The notes under the pieces are model-generated. The model saw only the letters and a list, made by a program, of their open reading frames with translations, was not told the origin of the DNA and did not search any database. Made by a program: the position numbers and the translations under genes. A stretch of 54,079 nucleotides of DNA, counting the filler, from Sphacelaria rigidula (taxonomy: Eukaryota): the NCBI GenBank assembly GCA_964200075.2. It is 4 parts of 4 records of this genome, joined end to end, with 100 filler letters (N's around TTAATTAATTAA, not from the genome) between each part and the next. Parts side by side here need not be neighbours in the genome. Positions count along the whole stretch, not along the records: positions 27,093 to 40,537 come from CAXNAA020002882.1; positions 40,638 to 54,079 come from CAXNAA020002883.1; 2 more parts are not named here. The stretch is one strand, 5' to 3'. This document shows, piece after piece, positions 33,437-45,457 of this stretch. Within the stretch, counting starts at the first letter, position 1, and each line of letters starts with the position of its first letter.

Positions 33437-36400
33437 ACGTGACAAATGTATTCGCTAGAATACCCCCATGGTCGCTATATAGATGGTGAAATATACAACT
33501 TGACTGCGAGATAAAATATGATGGGCAATCGTTGCGGCAACAATTTATACCATTTTATCAAGGGGAATCATTACAATATAACCACAGAGACACTGCTTCT
33601 TCTCCTGGGCCTGCCGCTCGACCTGGAAAATTCTTAGAGGCACGCATGTGAGGTGTGTACCCTTACCCTTGGAGAGATGAATGGGATCCCTTGAGAGGCT
33701 ACCTTCGAAAAAAATAATAGCATCGAGAGAAAATGCAGCTAGACGAGGAAAAAAACAAGACACGCTGTGATGGATCCTCATTATTTTTTCTCCTAGATGG
33801 CTTCATCATATTATTTTTTAATTCTCCGCGCGCGACCGGAAGGCTAAAAAGAGAAACTGTTCTTGATTCTTCAGCTAGACAATGCAGCGCGAACAAACAT
33901 ATGCCAATCAAGAAGAAAGTCTGTGTTTTTATCAAATGGTTGTAATGGGCAACCGTTAGAAACATTAGAAACATGTGCTCAACACTTCAAGGCATGCCCC
34001 GCCAGCTACAGACACTAACGCTAAACGATCTAGGCACCTTCAGAGGCAGCCACAGTTCACCGCAGCATGGGGGCTATGCTTTTCAGCAGCGTTGGTGCTT
34101 CATCAGGGGAGCAACACGAGTATGTGTCAAACTTTCCTCTTTTCGTTCTGCCGCCAAACCGTCAGTTTGCCTGACACAGATGTCCGAACACAGACGATGC
34201 TGCGCCATTTCCCAGCCGAGTGAAGGAAAACCAAGCGCACAATCAACCACCTGATTGACAGCTACGTCGTGGGCTATCGAGCTTTGTGTCGCGCGCTGGG
34301 TATTTCGTACGTGTGAACCCTCGTGTGAGGTGACGGGGTGATATTCGCCGTGATTCGCAGCGTTCATCCCCGTCCCTTCCTGCTCTCTGTAAAATTCATC
34401 TGACGATAAAATAATTGGCAGCGAGCAGAATCAGTCTGGACTTATTTTTTTAGCTAGCCATGGTATTTTTCTTCAAATACAGTTCGTGAGACTACAGACT
34501 CATCTCCAGGAAAGGTGGTGGGAGTTCAAAGTATGACGCTTTTAGAAAAAGTAAGCATGGTTGATCTAGGGCCCTTCCGAGTTCAGTCGATAATTTCCCT
34601 CCTCTATCCGCTCAAGTCTGTGACCGTCAATTGGCCATGATTCTGCTCCGAGACGAAGCTCGCAGTGGAGAAGAACTGAGAAGGGAGAACGGGTCATTTC
34701 CGAGGGCCCTTCTCGGTACAGCATGCCTTTCGTGGGGAATGGGGTTACGGGTGATGTTGATGCCATCGACGGGTTTTGCGTGGCCTTGATTTTATTTGTA
34801 CCGATGATTTGCGCAGTGAAAATTCCTCACAAGTCGCGCGGCAGTCACAGAGGCCTGGGCGTTCACATGATGAGCTACTCTCGCATTCCGTACGTTTGTC
34901 ATTTTCACGCACGGGTACCGAAATACGTCGGTTACGTTGACTGAAAATTTCGGCCGGTTTGTTGCTCTGGGGGGAGGGAGGAGGGGAGCATTACTTGCGA
35001 AAAGTAATATATAGAGCCACAAACCACGATGCTCCCGGGTGTGTACAATAGTATCGTTTTCTCCGGCAACAAAAAGGGGTACATGGGCCCTGTGCCGGAC
35101 ATCGAGCGACCAATAAAGCTAGATTCTGTAGTTTGCCCCCACCAACCACATACCACACAGCCGAGCGTGCATCACTTCCAATAAAAACTGCTCAAGTCTC
35201 CATCTACTCCGGGTTGCAGCGGCTACGCAGCCGGTGGTTGAATCATTACTGAACTATGATATCTTTCTGCCGTTCGATTTAATGTTAAACTGTGCGAAGA
35301 CCGCCTGGAGGCTAGGCGCGAGGCCTGTCGCGGACGGATGTGGGCGCGTGTACACATACACCGTCATCTACACGTATCCACATTTGTGCTAGCGTATCAA
35401 TAGAGCATTGCACTCTCATGTGCGTGATGAAGACATTTCGAACGGTCTGCGTACGGGGTAGTATGGGCGGAGGTTGCTAGGGGGGCTAGGGGGCGAGGCA
35501 TGTCTCCTGGGAGATAAGCAAGTGGGCGGTGTCTCAACATGTAACGGCATGTAACTGCACATGACAAACACCCCCGCACAGCCGTGTTTCAGATAGGATT
35601 TCCTCGAGAAGCTACGCACGCCCTGGCGAGTATGTCCTTCTAATCGAAATATGTCGCTTTTGGAAGACATCGACGGTATCCCTACAATCCCACACGCATT
35701 TTGACAGCATGGTCGCCGCAGTTTTCAAGATACTCGATGTTGCGACAAGAGACAACAGCTGCCGCAGGGGGTGTTATACTCCGTGACGTGGGGCAAGCAT
35801 ACGTGTACGGCAGCGGTTGCCCGGGAACATTTGTGTCTGGTAGATATTACATGTTTCCCATCCCCCTACCCACAGCAAAGATTATGTACAACTGATTGCT
35901 ATTCTGACAATGAACTATCCTACCAATTGATACTCCATCTGCATTCCACCTCATCACGCTACGCCGCATCGACGGTTTGGGTTTCTCCTCAAAACGGAAC
36001 ATTTACACCTGGTTGGTATGAGCGCACGCATGCGCAACGCGCAACTTAGCTTTGGCACAACAATCCATATAATCGATTTTGCAAATATGGTACAGGTATA
36101 GAGCACCTGAGTTGACATATCTCATACCTATCTGAAGGGCCAGTCCTGCCTGAGCACCTGCTCCAAAACCTTGTGTGCACGACGAGCGCACTCAAACAAC
36201 TATGGGTTTTATCTGTCATCTCTCACACCCGGATATCCATGGAGTATGACCGTCTCTCGCGCTGTATCTTTGTGCAGGCCATTCGGTGGCGCTTTGTCGA
36301 GCGTTCTGCCTATGTGCCTGCGATCCACGTGCCGTGTGCCGCACTTTCAGTGGATATGTGGCCAATTCGTCTTCTCCATGCCCATTCGTACCCATAGATA

Positions 36401-36599
36401 CATGCAAACCACCAACGGACGGGTTAGTTTTGCAGACAATCCGAAGATATCATCAACACCGCCGCTGGTGTCCGTGCGCCACTTCGACTCCACGGCTCGG
36501 TGGGAGACACCGCAGTAGAGAGCAAGCGTTGGGGGCACGTGCATCAACTCTTCTAGTAGCGCTAAATTTGGTAAGAGCAATTGGTATAGACGTCAACTC

Positions 36600-39036
36600 A
36601 TGGAGAATATATACCGAGATCCAGCTCCTGTGGCAGCAGGAAAACAGCAGGCGCGAAGATCGAGCAGAAGCGGTGCCTCGAAGAAGTCTTCATCCTCGTC
36701 CCGCTCTCGTAGAACGACGAACAACCCCGCCGATCCTTCGCGGGTGTCCATGGGATCAACCGGTGGCAACCCTTCCTACCTCAATGAAGGAATGGGCAGA
36801 GACAATAATGGTTATGCACACGGCTACCAAGCTCAGCGACCCAGCGGAGGTGGGGAGGAGGCGAGGAGAGACTATCCGTCATCGCCTTCCGCCCAATCGA
36901 AAGATTTTGCCCCAAGAACAGGAGGAGCAGACACTGGCGTTGATTACGTAGGTGCTGCCGGAGGAGGTGGTAGCAATCCAGGTGGCGGTGCTCTTCAGCG
37001 GAGGGCCCCAGGAGCAAAGATTAGCGGCAGCGGTCGAAAAAGAGTCGTGAATAGACTAGAGAATGGGCACGTAGAACGCGGACAACCCACGATAATACGA
37101 GAAGAGTTTTCGTCTGCAGGCGGGGGATACCGTGACGGCATAAGGTCTGGGCACGGACGAGGTGTTCCACGGGCAGAAGATACTGCTAGAGAAGGGGGAG
37201 GAGGGGCAGATCGTGCAATAATCGAAAAGTGAGGAAACGATTACATAGTAGTACTTCCTTGGGAATCATTGTAGTAGCACGAGAAGAAAGGAAGGTAGGG
37301 ACGGGTGATGGAAGCTCGGTGTGGTGTACTTCGCAGCAGCAGATGTCTCGAGGCGACCTGTGCAGAAGTGGCGCTGTAGCGCATGTCGATGGCATGATAC
37401 CGGCGACAGATATTGACTGTCCCCTATTGGAAAAAATTACTACCCCAAACACCTACTAGCTCTGCCATACGGTGAAATGTTGGTATGGTACTGGCTATAA
37501 GTATATACTGTAGCCCCCGCTAGTGCGGCCGGCATGATCATGGGTGCTCTTGATTGTGTGTGTGCTGTGAACCTGGGCTTCACATTTCGCGGGCCCGAAG
37601 TCGTACATGTGCCATGGATGGATATATCTCAGATCGGGCCGTCGACCATACGCACTATGTGCCCATTACGCTCGTGCGAGAAAGTTTCCGAAATAATGTA
37701 CGGGTAAAGTGTTACCCTCAAACATGTTCCTTTGCCGCGACTCCTACATACTCGGAAGGTGGAGGACGGAGGCTGCATCAACCACAGGCGAAATGATTGA
37801 GCGAGAGGCTGGAGGTCAAGCCCATCAGCAGGTACACAATGATGGATTGAAATGCATCGTTGATTATGGAATTATGGGATTCCTAGGTTGAATGGTCGTG
37901 GGAGATGTTCTTGGTGGCTCGCCAAGCGGGGGTAATAGCTTTCCTCAGCGATCATTTCCAAGGGATTATTGGGGCGCGGCGGGGTGGTTGTTGGGAGAGA
38001 AGATTATTTGGTCAGTAGTGATGGCGGGGCGTAGTGTGTTGGCTTATCACGCGAGAAAATTACCACATATACATCGTCGTACATATATTAAAGAAAGTGA
38101 TGCGCCCCTCCATGAAGTTGTCTGTCTATCGCCCATTCGCGAACGGAATGTCGCCCCAACGTACAAAGCACCCTCGTCCCTACTCTAGATGTGTATCACA
38201 CTCGACAGTTCAAGGGCCACAATACGTCATATATAGTCCACAAGTCTAAGAAAAGCAGCAATATGAATAAAAAATATATGCGCAGACATACATCCCTGTT
38301 GACGTCTGTGTGCGTTTCTACCTCGAGAAGATGTTGCGCTTACAGCAAGCGCACGGGTCGTATACGACCTGGTTTAGTGCTTGATTCAGCGACTGGCTGT
38401 CGCACATCAACTGATCCGCTACAAACCAAATCGTGTTCATGAGATAGGCCAACCTAAAGTAAACATACGACAAGGCTTCCTGGAGAAAAGTTGAAATTTA
38501 GTTGTAAAATATAAACGAAACAGAAGAAAACAAGTAAGAGTACCCTTAAAGAGCTGAGATCCAAGATGCCGATAAAAGGGGAATGCGAATGACAAGGCAG
38601 AATGCCTGTGGTAAGATACGACACAATGCAATTTCCTACAGCAGTCACAGCAGTCAAGGCGACACATGTCGTATCTCCTTTCTCCGTGAACATAAGATAA
38701 TGTATTCCTCCGGCCACTCGAATGTATCTGATTTGACCGATGAGTCAGGACGCCCCTGCGGAGGTAGTCGACGAAGACGAGAATGCGGGCGAAGGCGGCT
38801 ATGACGATGAGGATTTTGAGCAGTATTCGGATGATTCGGATCAACAATCGACGCCACCACCGAAATCGAGCAAGAAACCAGAGAATGCAGCGATGATCGC
38901 CGGGCGCGCTGGCACGGAGAGGAGCGACAATGCAGGAGGAAGGGGGAAGGGTATTCAAGAATCTTCGGCTGCTGTGCTGTCACCTGTTGTGAAAAAAACG
39001 CCACAAGATGACCGGGTTATTGCACCGGATGACAAG
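36600..39036 (+). CDS. Unknown Gly/Arg/Ser-rich then acidic protein, 5' part (exons 36600-37228, 37759-37831, 38749-39036)
   Basis: ATG-initiated 209-codon exon ending AA|gtgagg; phase-2 exon ending CAG|gtacac; phase-0 acidic exon DAPAEVVDEDE...YDDEDFEQYSDD ending AAG|gtatgt. All phases are compatible. Confidence 0.6.
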
Positions 39037-39688
39037 GTATGTCATTTAATACTGTAGCGGTTCAACATTGCCAGGGAGGAGTTGCTCATTCTTGGTGGGT
39101 TTCTCGGTCGCCGCCGCCAGCTGTTGTTCTTTTGCTGCGATTTTCGATGCTCAAGCATCGAGATGTGGTTGGCGGCGTTCCTTCGCGACGTCCAGCTCCC
39201 GATATACCCGACCTCCCGACCAGGTTTCCTCTCTCGTGTCACTGTTTTCTCTATCTAGGATGAGCTGTCGTGGACCGTCCCCCGATATATTGCTCTCGCT
39301 TCTTATGCAGACAATCGAGTGCTGTCTTTTCGTGTCATGAGATCTCCCTCACTTGTTTCCCGTTCATTCGCTGACCGTCGATGGCATGAAAACATTATAC
39401 CCTCACAGAAAACTGGCTACAGCGGGTGCTGTGTCTTTGCTCTGGCTGTAGTAATTAAAGTAGCATGGAGCACGCGCCGGCTGATCAGGATCGAGGATGA
39501 TCTTTCCTGGGAACCATGTCAGCGACGGCAACCTGCCCCATGCATGAATGGCGGGGAAACCATTTGTGGAACTTGCTGAGGGCACCGAAGTTGTAGAACC
39601 TGAGGAGCGCCAGAAACGTGCTCTCCTTATTCAGCTGGTACAAATATTAAATCCTACTTGCTTCGCCCGGGGGTACTGTGCAAAAGTA

Positions 39689-39937
39689 CGAATGATACCG
39701 CGATAGCACCCCCCTGAAATCAGCCCTTAAGCTGCCAGACGACCATGACCACACAGTGCACAATAGCTGGTGTCAGACGGCATGAAATGCCTCATATTAG
39801 CGACATTGACGAAAACGATTCCAAGCGTGGGAGTACCCAGCTGCTTGCTATACTCGACTTCTGTCATTCTGATGCGCATGTTGATTTTGTCTACTCAAAC
39901 CAGTCACTTTTCTGGGGGGCTATCGCGGCAAAACTCG
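39689..39937. mobile_element. ~250-bp TIR MITE family C, copy 1 (TA-flanked)
   Basis: TA|cga...ccgcgatagcacccccctgaaa ... tttctggggggctatcgcgg...tcg|TA; interior homologous to 50573-50822 and 53927-54079. Confidence 0.75.
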
Positions 39938-40537
39938 TACATTAGGATATGCATCCCCAGGCTTCAAGATCTACCAAGGAAAATTGAGGCCAATGCTGTC
40001 CTACAATCATTCAACGTGAGAGTTCACGCGTGTATCTATCAAGAGGCAAGTTGTCTGGAATTTTGTTTTTCTGCGCCCTCACGGTTGCGGAGTGTACCAC
40101 TGCGGGACTGTTAGCGTTCAACAGGAGGAACCGTCCTTAGATCGAGCGCAGATTGCCTGCCTGTTTTTCGGCGACTTTCAGGCATTGTGAGAGCTAGGAG
40201 ACCTTCGAATAACACTGGGATCGACCCCCTTGCACCTAATCAGTTCGGCGGATACCGTCTTGCTTCAAGGAATGTTTCATACAACATCACAGCGTCGCTC
40301 TACGCACACTTCCCCTAATATATTTTGTCGCTTATTTGTTGTACCCTCTACCGCTTGCCGGTTCGGTATTTTTCACAAACACCGCCGTACCCAAACTAAA
40401 ACTCCTAAACGAAAACGAAAATATGTTGAGCCTGCGAGTAATCACTCACAGGGGGGGGGGGGGGGGAGCGGGCCGGTTTAAACCCGAAGTTCCAAAGAAG
40501 GGGGGCCCACGGGACTTTAAAATCTGCGGGGTTAGGT

Positions 40538-40637
40538 NNNNNNNNNNNNNNNNNNNNNNNNNNNNNNNNNNNNNNNNNNNNTTAATTAATTAANNNNNNN
40601 NNNNNNNNNNNNNNNNNNNNNNNNNNNNNNNNNNNNN
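40538..40637. other. Artificial scaffold linker
   Basis: Same 100-nt N44-TTAATTAATTAA-N44 structure. Confidence 0.98.
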
Positions 40638-41370
40638 CCCGGCGTGCTCCGCCCCGGCTTGCAAGGGAGGCAACGCAAGAAGTGTTTTGTCCGGGGCACG
40701 TATACAAAGGAGTCCCCCCCCCCCCCCCCCCCGCCAAGTAGGGAGCATGCGGTGGGTGTTACAGTAAAGTCTAAGTGTCGTACGCAGGTGCAGTAGTGCA
40801 GGCTACGGTATTTATGCAACAGGTATCTGACCACGAGAACAGTGAGCGTTCACTGGTTCAGTGGTCGAATGCCTGCTCTATTATATGAACAAGATATGAA
40901 TAGTGTGCCGTCAATCCCTGCATGACACATTTGCGATCTTCAGAGCCCCGAGCCCCCTCGCAAGTCTCGTTTAGGGTCCAAATCCTGCTTACAATCGATC
41001 GTGCCGGGACTCAAACTTTAAACACATTTTGTGCATGAAGGAGTGACTAACCTAGTGAGGATGAGCAAGATACCTGCCAACAATCGATAACCGGGGAATC
41101 CTTCGACGACCACACGCTACATACGCACAGCGCAGCACGCAACTAAACTTTTGTTTACAAACGGCACAGCACACGGAACGTATGCACTGTCTGCATCTTC
41201 GGAAGCAAGCGGATAAAAACTTGGCACGGGAAAAACACTACACACGGGACACACGGACGCGTCTCAGTCACCGCAATCCCCTTGCCAAAAGCATCACGGC
41301 GGCTGCCGTAGTATATGAGCGTCGGTGAAAAACCCACACGGCGAACGAATGGCCACTGACTACTCCTCAC

Positions 41371-44300
41371 CTAGGATGGTCCGGCATCTCCTCCGGCAGC
41401 GGGAGCTTAGACAAAACATGAGCGCCCTCTCCATCACCGCGGGCGACCTCACTTTCAAGCGCGCGTCTCCTGCCATCCCCCGCTCTTGAGTCGCCTTGAT
41501 CCCCTCCCCCTCCCTTTACAGAATGTCCGGCCGGGTGGCCTACAGCAACACTAAACGCAACGGCGAGAGGATGCGCAAACTCTGGCGGCACATCACAAAC
41601 CAGAAACTGCCGCGTCACCCATACTCTCCGCTCAGCAGATCGGCGGTATGTGGAGTCTCCGCCACGGCACGTGGCCCTCCTTTCAGCAGCACCTCCTGAA
41701 ATTGTCCCGCTGTTCATCCCCACATCGTCACCCATGGTAAAACAAGTACCCACGCGCGCTGCGGATGGAGATGTCTGTGGAGACATGGAAGAAAAACGAT
41801 CTTTCCCCCGTATATTTCGTAGTCCGTCATGTCGTGATTTACTTCGTACGTCGAATTGCGGTTCACTTTTACAGTTACAGCGCTTTGAGACGTTGCCAGA
41901 GTTGTTGTTTGCACAATCAGTGTCGTCGGTCGTCGTCATCGTCGACGATGACGACGTCGCAAAGTCGACCTCCACGAGGCTACGAAGCGCTGACAGCGTC
42001 AGCCTAGCGTTGCCCCCAACAGCCCGAACCTCCACGCTGCCGTCTGTGCCGACCGCGCAGTACTGCCCCGACTTGTAGTCCGCCCTCGCCGGCCACACCG
42101 CAATCGTCGAAACTTCCCCCGGGAAATTTCGTCGCCTTCTGGATCTCGTCTCGTTTGTGCTAACGCCGCTTTTCTTCTTTACCGAAGGCGGCGATATCCT
42201 CGCCGGCACGTTGGCCTCGTGGCTCCGCGTTTCTCCGCCGTAGTGGTGGTGAGCACCGCTCAGAGTTGTGCCATCGGTTGGAGGCTTCCCGATAATTTTT
42301 GGCGGGTGCCTTGATCGTGGATGTTGTGGGGTTTCATGGGAAGGGTGACCGGTGGGCGTTTGGTGGCTTCGTGGGTGGTTGGTGACGCTCGGCACCGACT
42401 CGACGTGGGGTTGGCGAGGCGCGGTGTTTGTAGTCGTAGCACAAGCTATCTCATCTTGTCCTGTTCGAGAAAACCGGGTGAGAAGGTACGGGCGCCCGCT
42501 GTGTAGGTTTCTGAAGGCTGTCAGGACTGACAGTTGCGGCAGGAGAGCGTGCTTACAGTAGTCCGAGAGTTGCCGCAGACAGGACCCGTCCTTTTGTGGA
42601 GAGAGAGGGGGGGGGGGGGAAAGAGAGCGGGCGAGAGATGAGAGTTTGAGGAATCCTTGTTATTATTTTTCTCACCGCAGAGGAAGTGCTACAAATGCTG
42701 GTTGAGGTGCTGTGAAAAGAGAGCTGTCTGTCGGGGCCGGAAGTTGGCGGGGTTCGTGATGGCACGTAAGGGCGAGAGCCTGAAGCTCGGTGCGGGAGGA
42801 GAGGGTGTGTACTCATCATCTTATATGCCGTATGATAGTCATGAGACCATTGACCTCGCATCCCTACAAGCCCGGGACGGAAGACGGGGAGGGTCATGAG
42901 CAACACTCGACAGGTAAGTACATATACTAGGTGGGTCAGGTTCTCTTGGTACAAGCATATGAACATACATGCATGTTACCAATTATAGCAACTGTTTAGG
43001 TGGACTCGAACGGTGGCCGAACGGTGGTGTTTTCAGCTCAAATCACATGTGTGCGTCTTGGGTACAGATATATGCCCGGTATACAGATGTTCTACAACAT
43101 ACCAAACAAGATCGAAGACGAACATCACCCGTACCAAACTCTAAACCGCGGCTGAGGCATATATCCCAAGGACCAGAAAACACATTACTGCAAGAAGTCA
43201 GCACACTTCAGACACGCATAGGTAGAGCTTACTACATAAAAAAAAAGTGCGGAGGTGGGAAGCCCCAACTCAAAACTCCATGCCATTCTGGCATACCAAT
43301 TGCTCTGAGGCCAGGAGGATATGATTTACAATCATTTGGGTGACCTGAAACGAAAAAGATGGCGGCGGAGGTCTCGCAACAGTGCCTGAAATATATATAT
43401 ATATATATATATATTCTGGTGGGGGTCCCTCTGGTGCCTTCTTTTGATCAAACGTTGACAATGTCAAAGCAGCGGAGCAATCGACAATCATCATCGACCC
43501 TGCATCTACCTTCCATCGCGATCTCAATCTCCGCCTGGACGATTCAATAGGCAATACCTCCACTCGCGGTGGTACAACTGGGCATGAAAGACACGGGAGT
43601 ATTGGCGGTTCAGTCCGGCAAAAAACTCCAAAGAGTGAGCTTTGAGTCTCCAGAAGTGCGATGCCCTTATTTACGGTTGCGGCCTTCCATGAAAATCTCA
43701 TATCTCATCATCCCATTTGAGAAAATAAGAACGTGCAGAGGGAAACCCATCATTCAAAATATAGTATTCATGGTCACCAGAATCGCAAAAATCGCACACA
43801 CGCTGGACAATATATCGCATGGGCGAAAGTCTACTGCGTCCAGAAGCGAATTTATTGCCAATCGCAATGGACGACGGGTTCAATGCTGCACGCAGTATGA
43901 TTTTTGTCGATATAATCCATTCTTCGGGGTGTGAAAAACTGACTGGCTGATGCATAAAACATGAAGGTATCGTAGCGGTAAGTACATATATTGTACTTTT
44001 GTACCAACTGCACGGGACGGTGCTCACAGAAAACAACGCACGCCATCTCATTCACAAGCATGACATCGAAAAATGCACAACGACTGCCACGATGCACCAT
44101 AGAGCGCGTTTGGTAGCTGAGCGGATGCCATCGCACCGGCCGTGTCGACTGTTCAAGGGCACGCTCCGTTGATTGCACAAGGCAAGCAGCAGCCGAACAG
44201 TGCAACTGCACAGTCAAATACACTACTCGTATATGTACACGATTCTTGTTTCGTCTTCTCATGACATGAACTAATAAGAACAAGCATTTTCCCGGTGCAG

Positions 44301-45003
44301 TGTTGGGAACAACAAACCAGAACTGGCTGGCTCAGTGGTCATTGTGAAGTCTTAACAAGCACCACCTCTAAAGCTACAAAGTCGGCACTTGCTGTCGTAG
44401 ATGAGTCGAGATCGATACAAAGAATGTGACGAGGGATAACACCCCTGTGATTTTTTTTGAGTCTCGAAAATCTCAAACCTGCGGTAGATACGCAGCAAAG
44501 CACGTTATGCCGTTCAAATGATCTCATCGAGGTCTTTCAACGTGAAGGATTCATCCAGAGTGCAAACTTATGCTCGCGATAATCAAGTGTTGGAATGCTT
44601 TTATGAAACGGGGGGGGGGGGGGGGGGGTGTACCCCATCGTATACCGGGCGGTTTCATATTTCAAATCGGTTTTGCAGCCGTTGGAGGATCATTCACATC
44701 TGTTTCCGCTGCACGGGAAGAGCCAGCTGACAGAGGCAGACACACAGGCAGACCGGGTACTTGTATAGCAGCACCATCATACTGCACGCGTGAGGAATAC
44801 AGTGTAAACAGCAGGGATAGAAAAAGTACAGGCAATAGGGTACATACCTCCTGGACATGAGTAAAGGCATTGCCGGAGGGTTCCACCACTAGTGTTGTTG
44901 CACCCTGTGGTGAGTGCTTTCCTCTGATGCCCTCGTCAGGAAACACTCCAAGGGTCGCCCCGTTCTCAAAAAGAATAAGCCGACTCTTACTGGTAGAGGC
45001 CAT
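41371..45003 (-). CDS. C5orf34-like protein, 5' part (exons 45003-44848, 42590-41371)
   Basis: Spliced product MASTSKSRLILFENGATLGVF...LVVEPSGNAFTHVQE|DGSCLRQLSDYCKHALLPQLSVLTAFRNLHSGRPYL...AVWP...DGSVEVRAVGGNARLTLS...VEVDF...VWVTRQFLVCDVPPEFAHPLAVA follows, in order, the conserved blocks I recall for C5orf34 proteins (R.IL.E, LSP.G..F, RQ......L.FRN...P.L, WP, G.V...S.DG.A.L.L, WV...S...P....PL..A). Donor AG|gtgagg; later exons not identified. Confidence 0.75.
42720..42890 (+). repeat. Dispersed repeat family A, copy 3
   Basis: gtgtactcatcatcttatatgccgtatgatagtcatgagaccattgacctcgcatccctacaagcccgggacgga. Confidence 0.75.
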
Positions 45004-45457
45004 GAGGTGCAGTGGACTGGCAGTGGCCTGGATGGTCCGCGGAGCAGAGAGCCGACGACAGCACCTTACCAAAGTCCCATGACCAGGTTTGATGCGGGGC
45101 AGAAATTCAAATTCAATTCTAGAGGGCTGGCGGTGAAAATGATGCCGGTTCGCGAAGCGTATCCCTGTATGGTGGATGGTGGGATCGTGGGCCGTGCATC
45201 ATGCGACACCTCTGTCGTTTGGAGGTCCCTGATACTTGTGAGTGACTGAGCGTTGAATGGGTATGCCCGGGTTCAGTGCGAGAGTACTATATTAACCAAC
45301 ATGAAGTGTGTACTTCGCAGAATAAACGCTTTTCGTTTATTCAAGTTTGAGGCAAACTGGCTCTCTGTAAACCCAAGTTGTCGAGGTTCCGCAACAACAA
45401 CCATCATCGAGGAAAAGGCCTCTCGCGTCTCAACGCAGTTACAATCCCATTGGCACC
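45004..45457. promoter_or_regulatory. Probable bidirectional promoter / shared 5' region
   Basis: 454 bp between the divergent ATGs of the C5orf34-like gene (45003, -) and the p25-alpha gene (45458, +); no repeat recognised inside. Confidence 0.55.

Noticed and set aside
34566..36550. Possible small minus-strand gene divergent from 36600
   Set aside because: A few candidate short exons, but no consistent model or homology.
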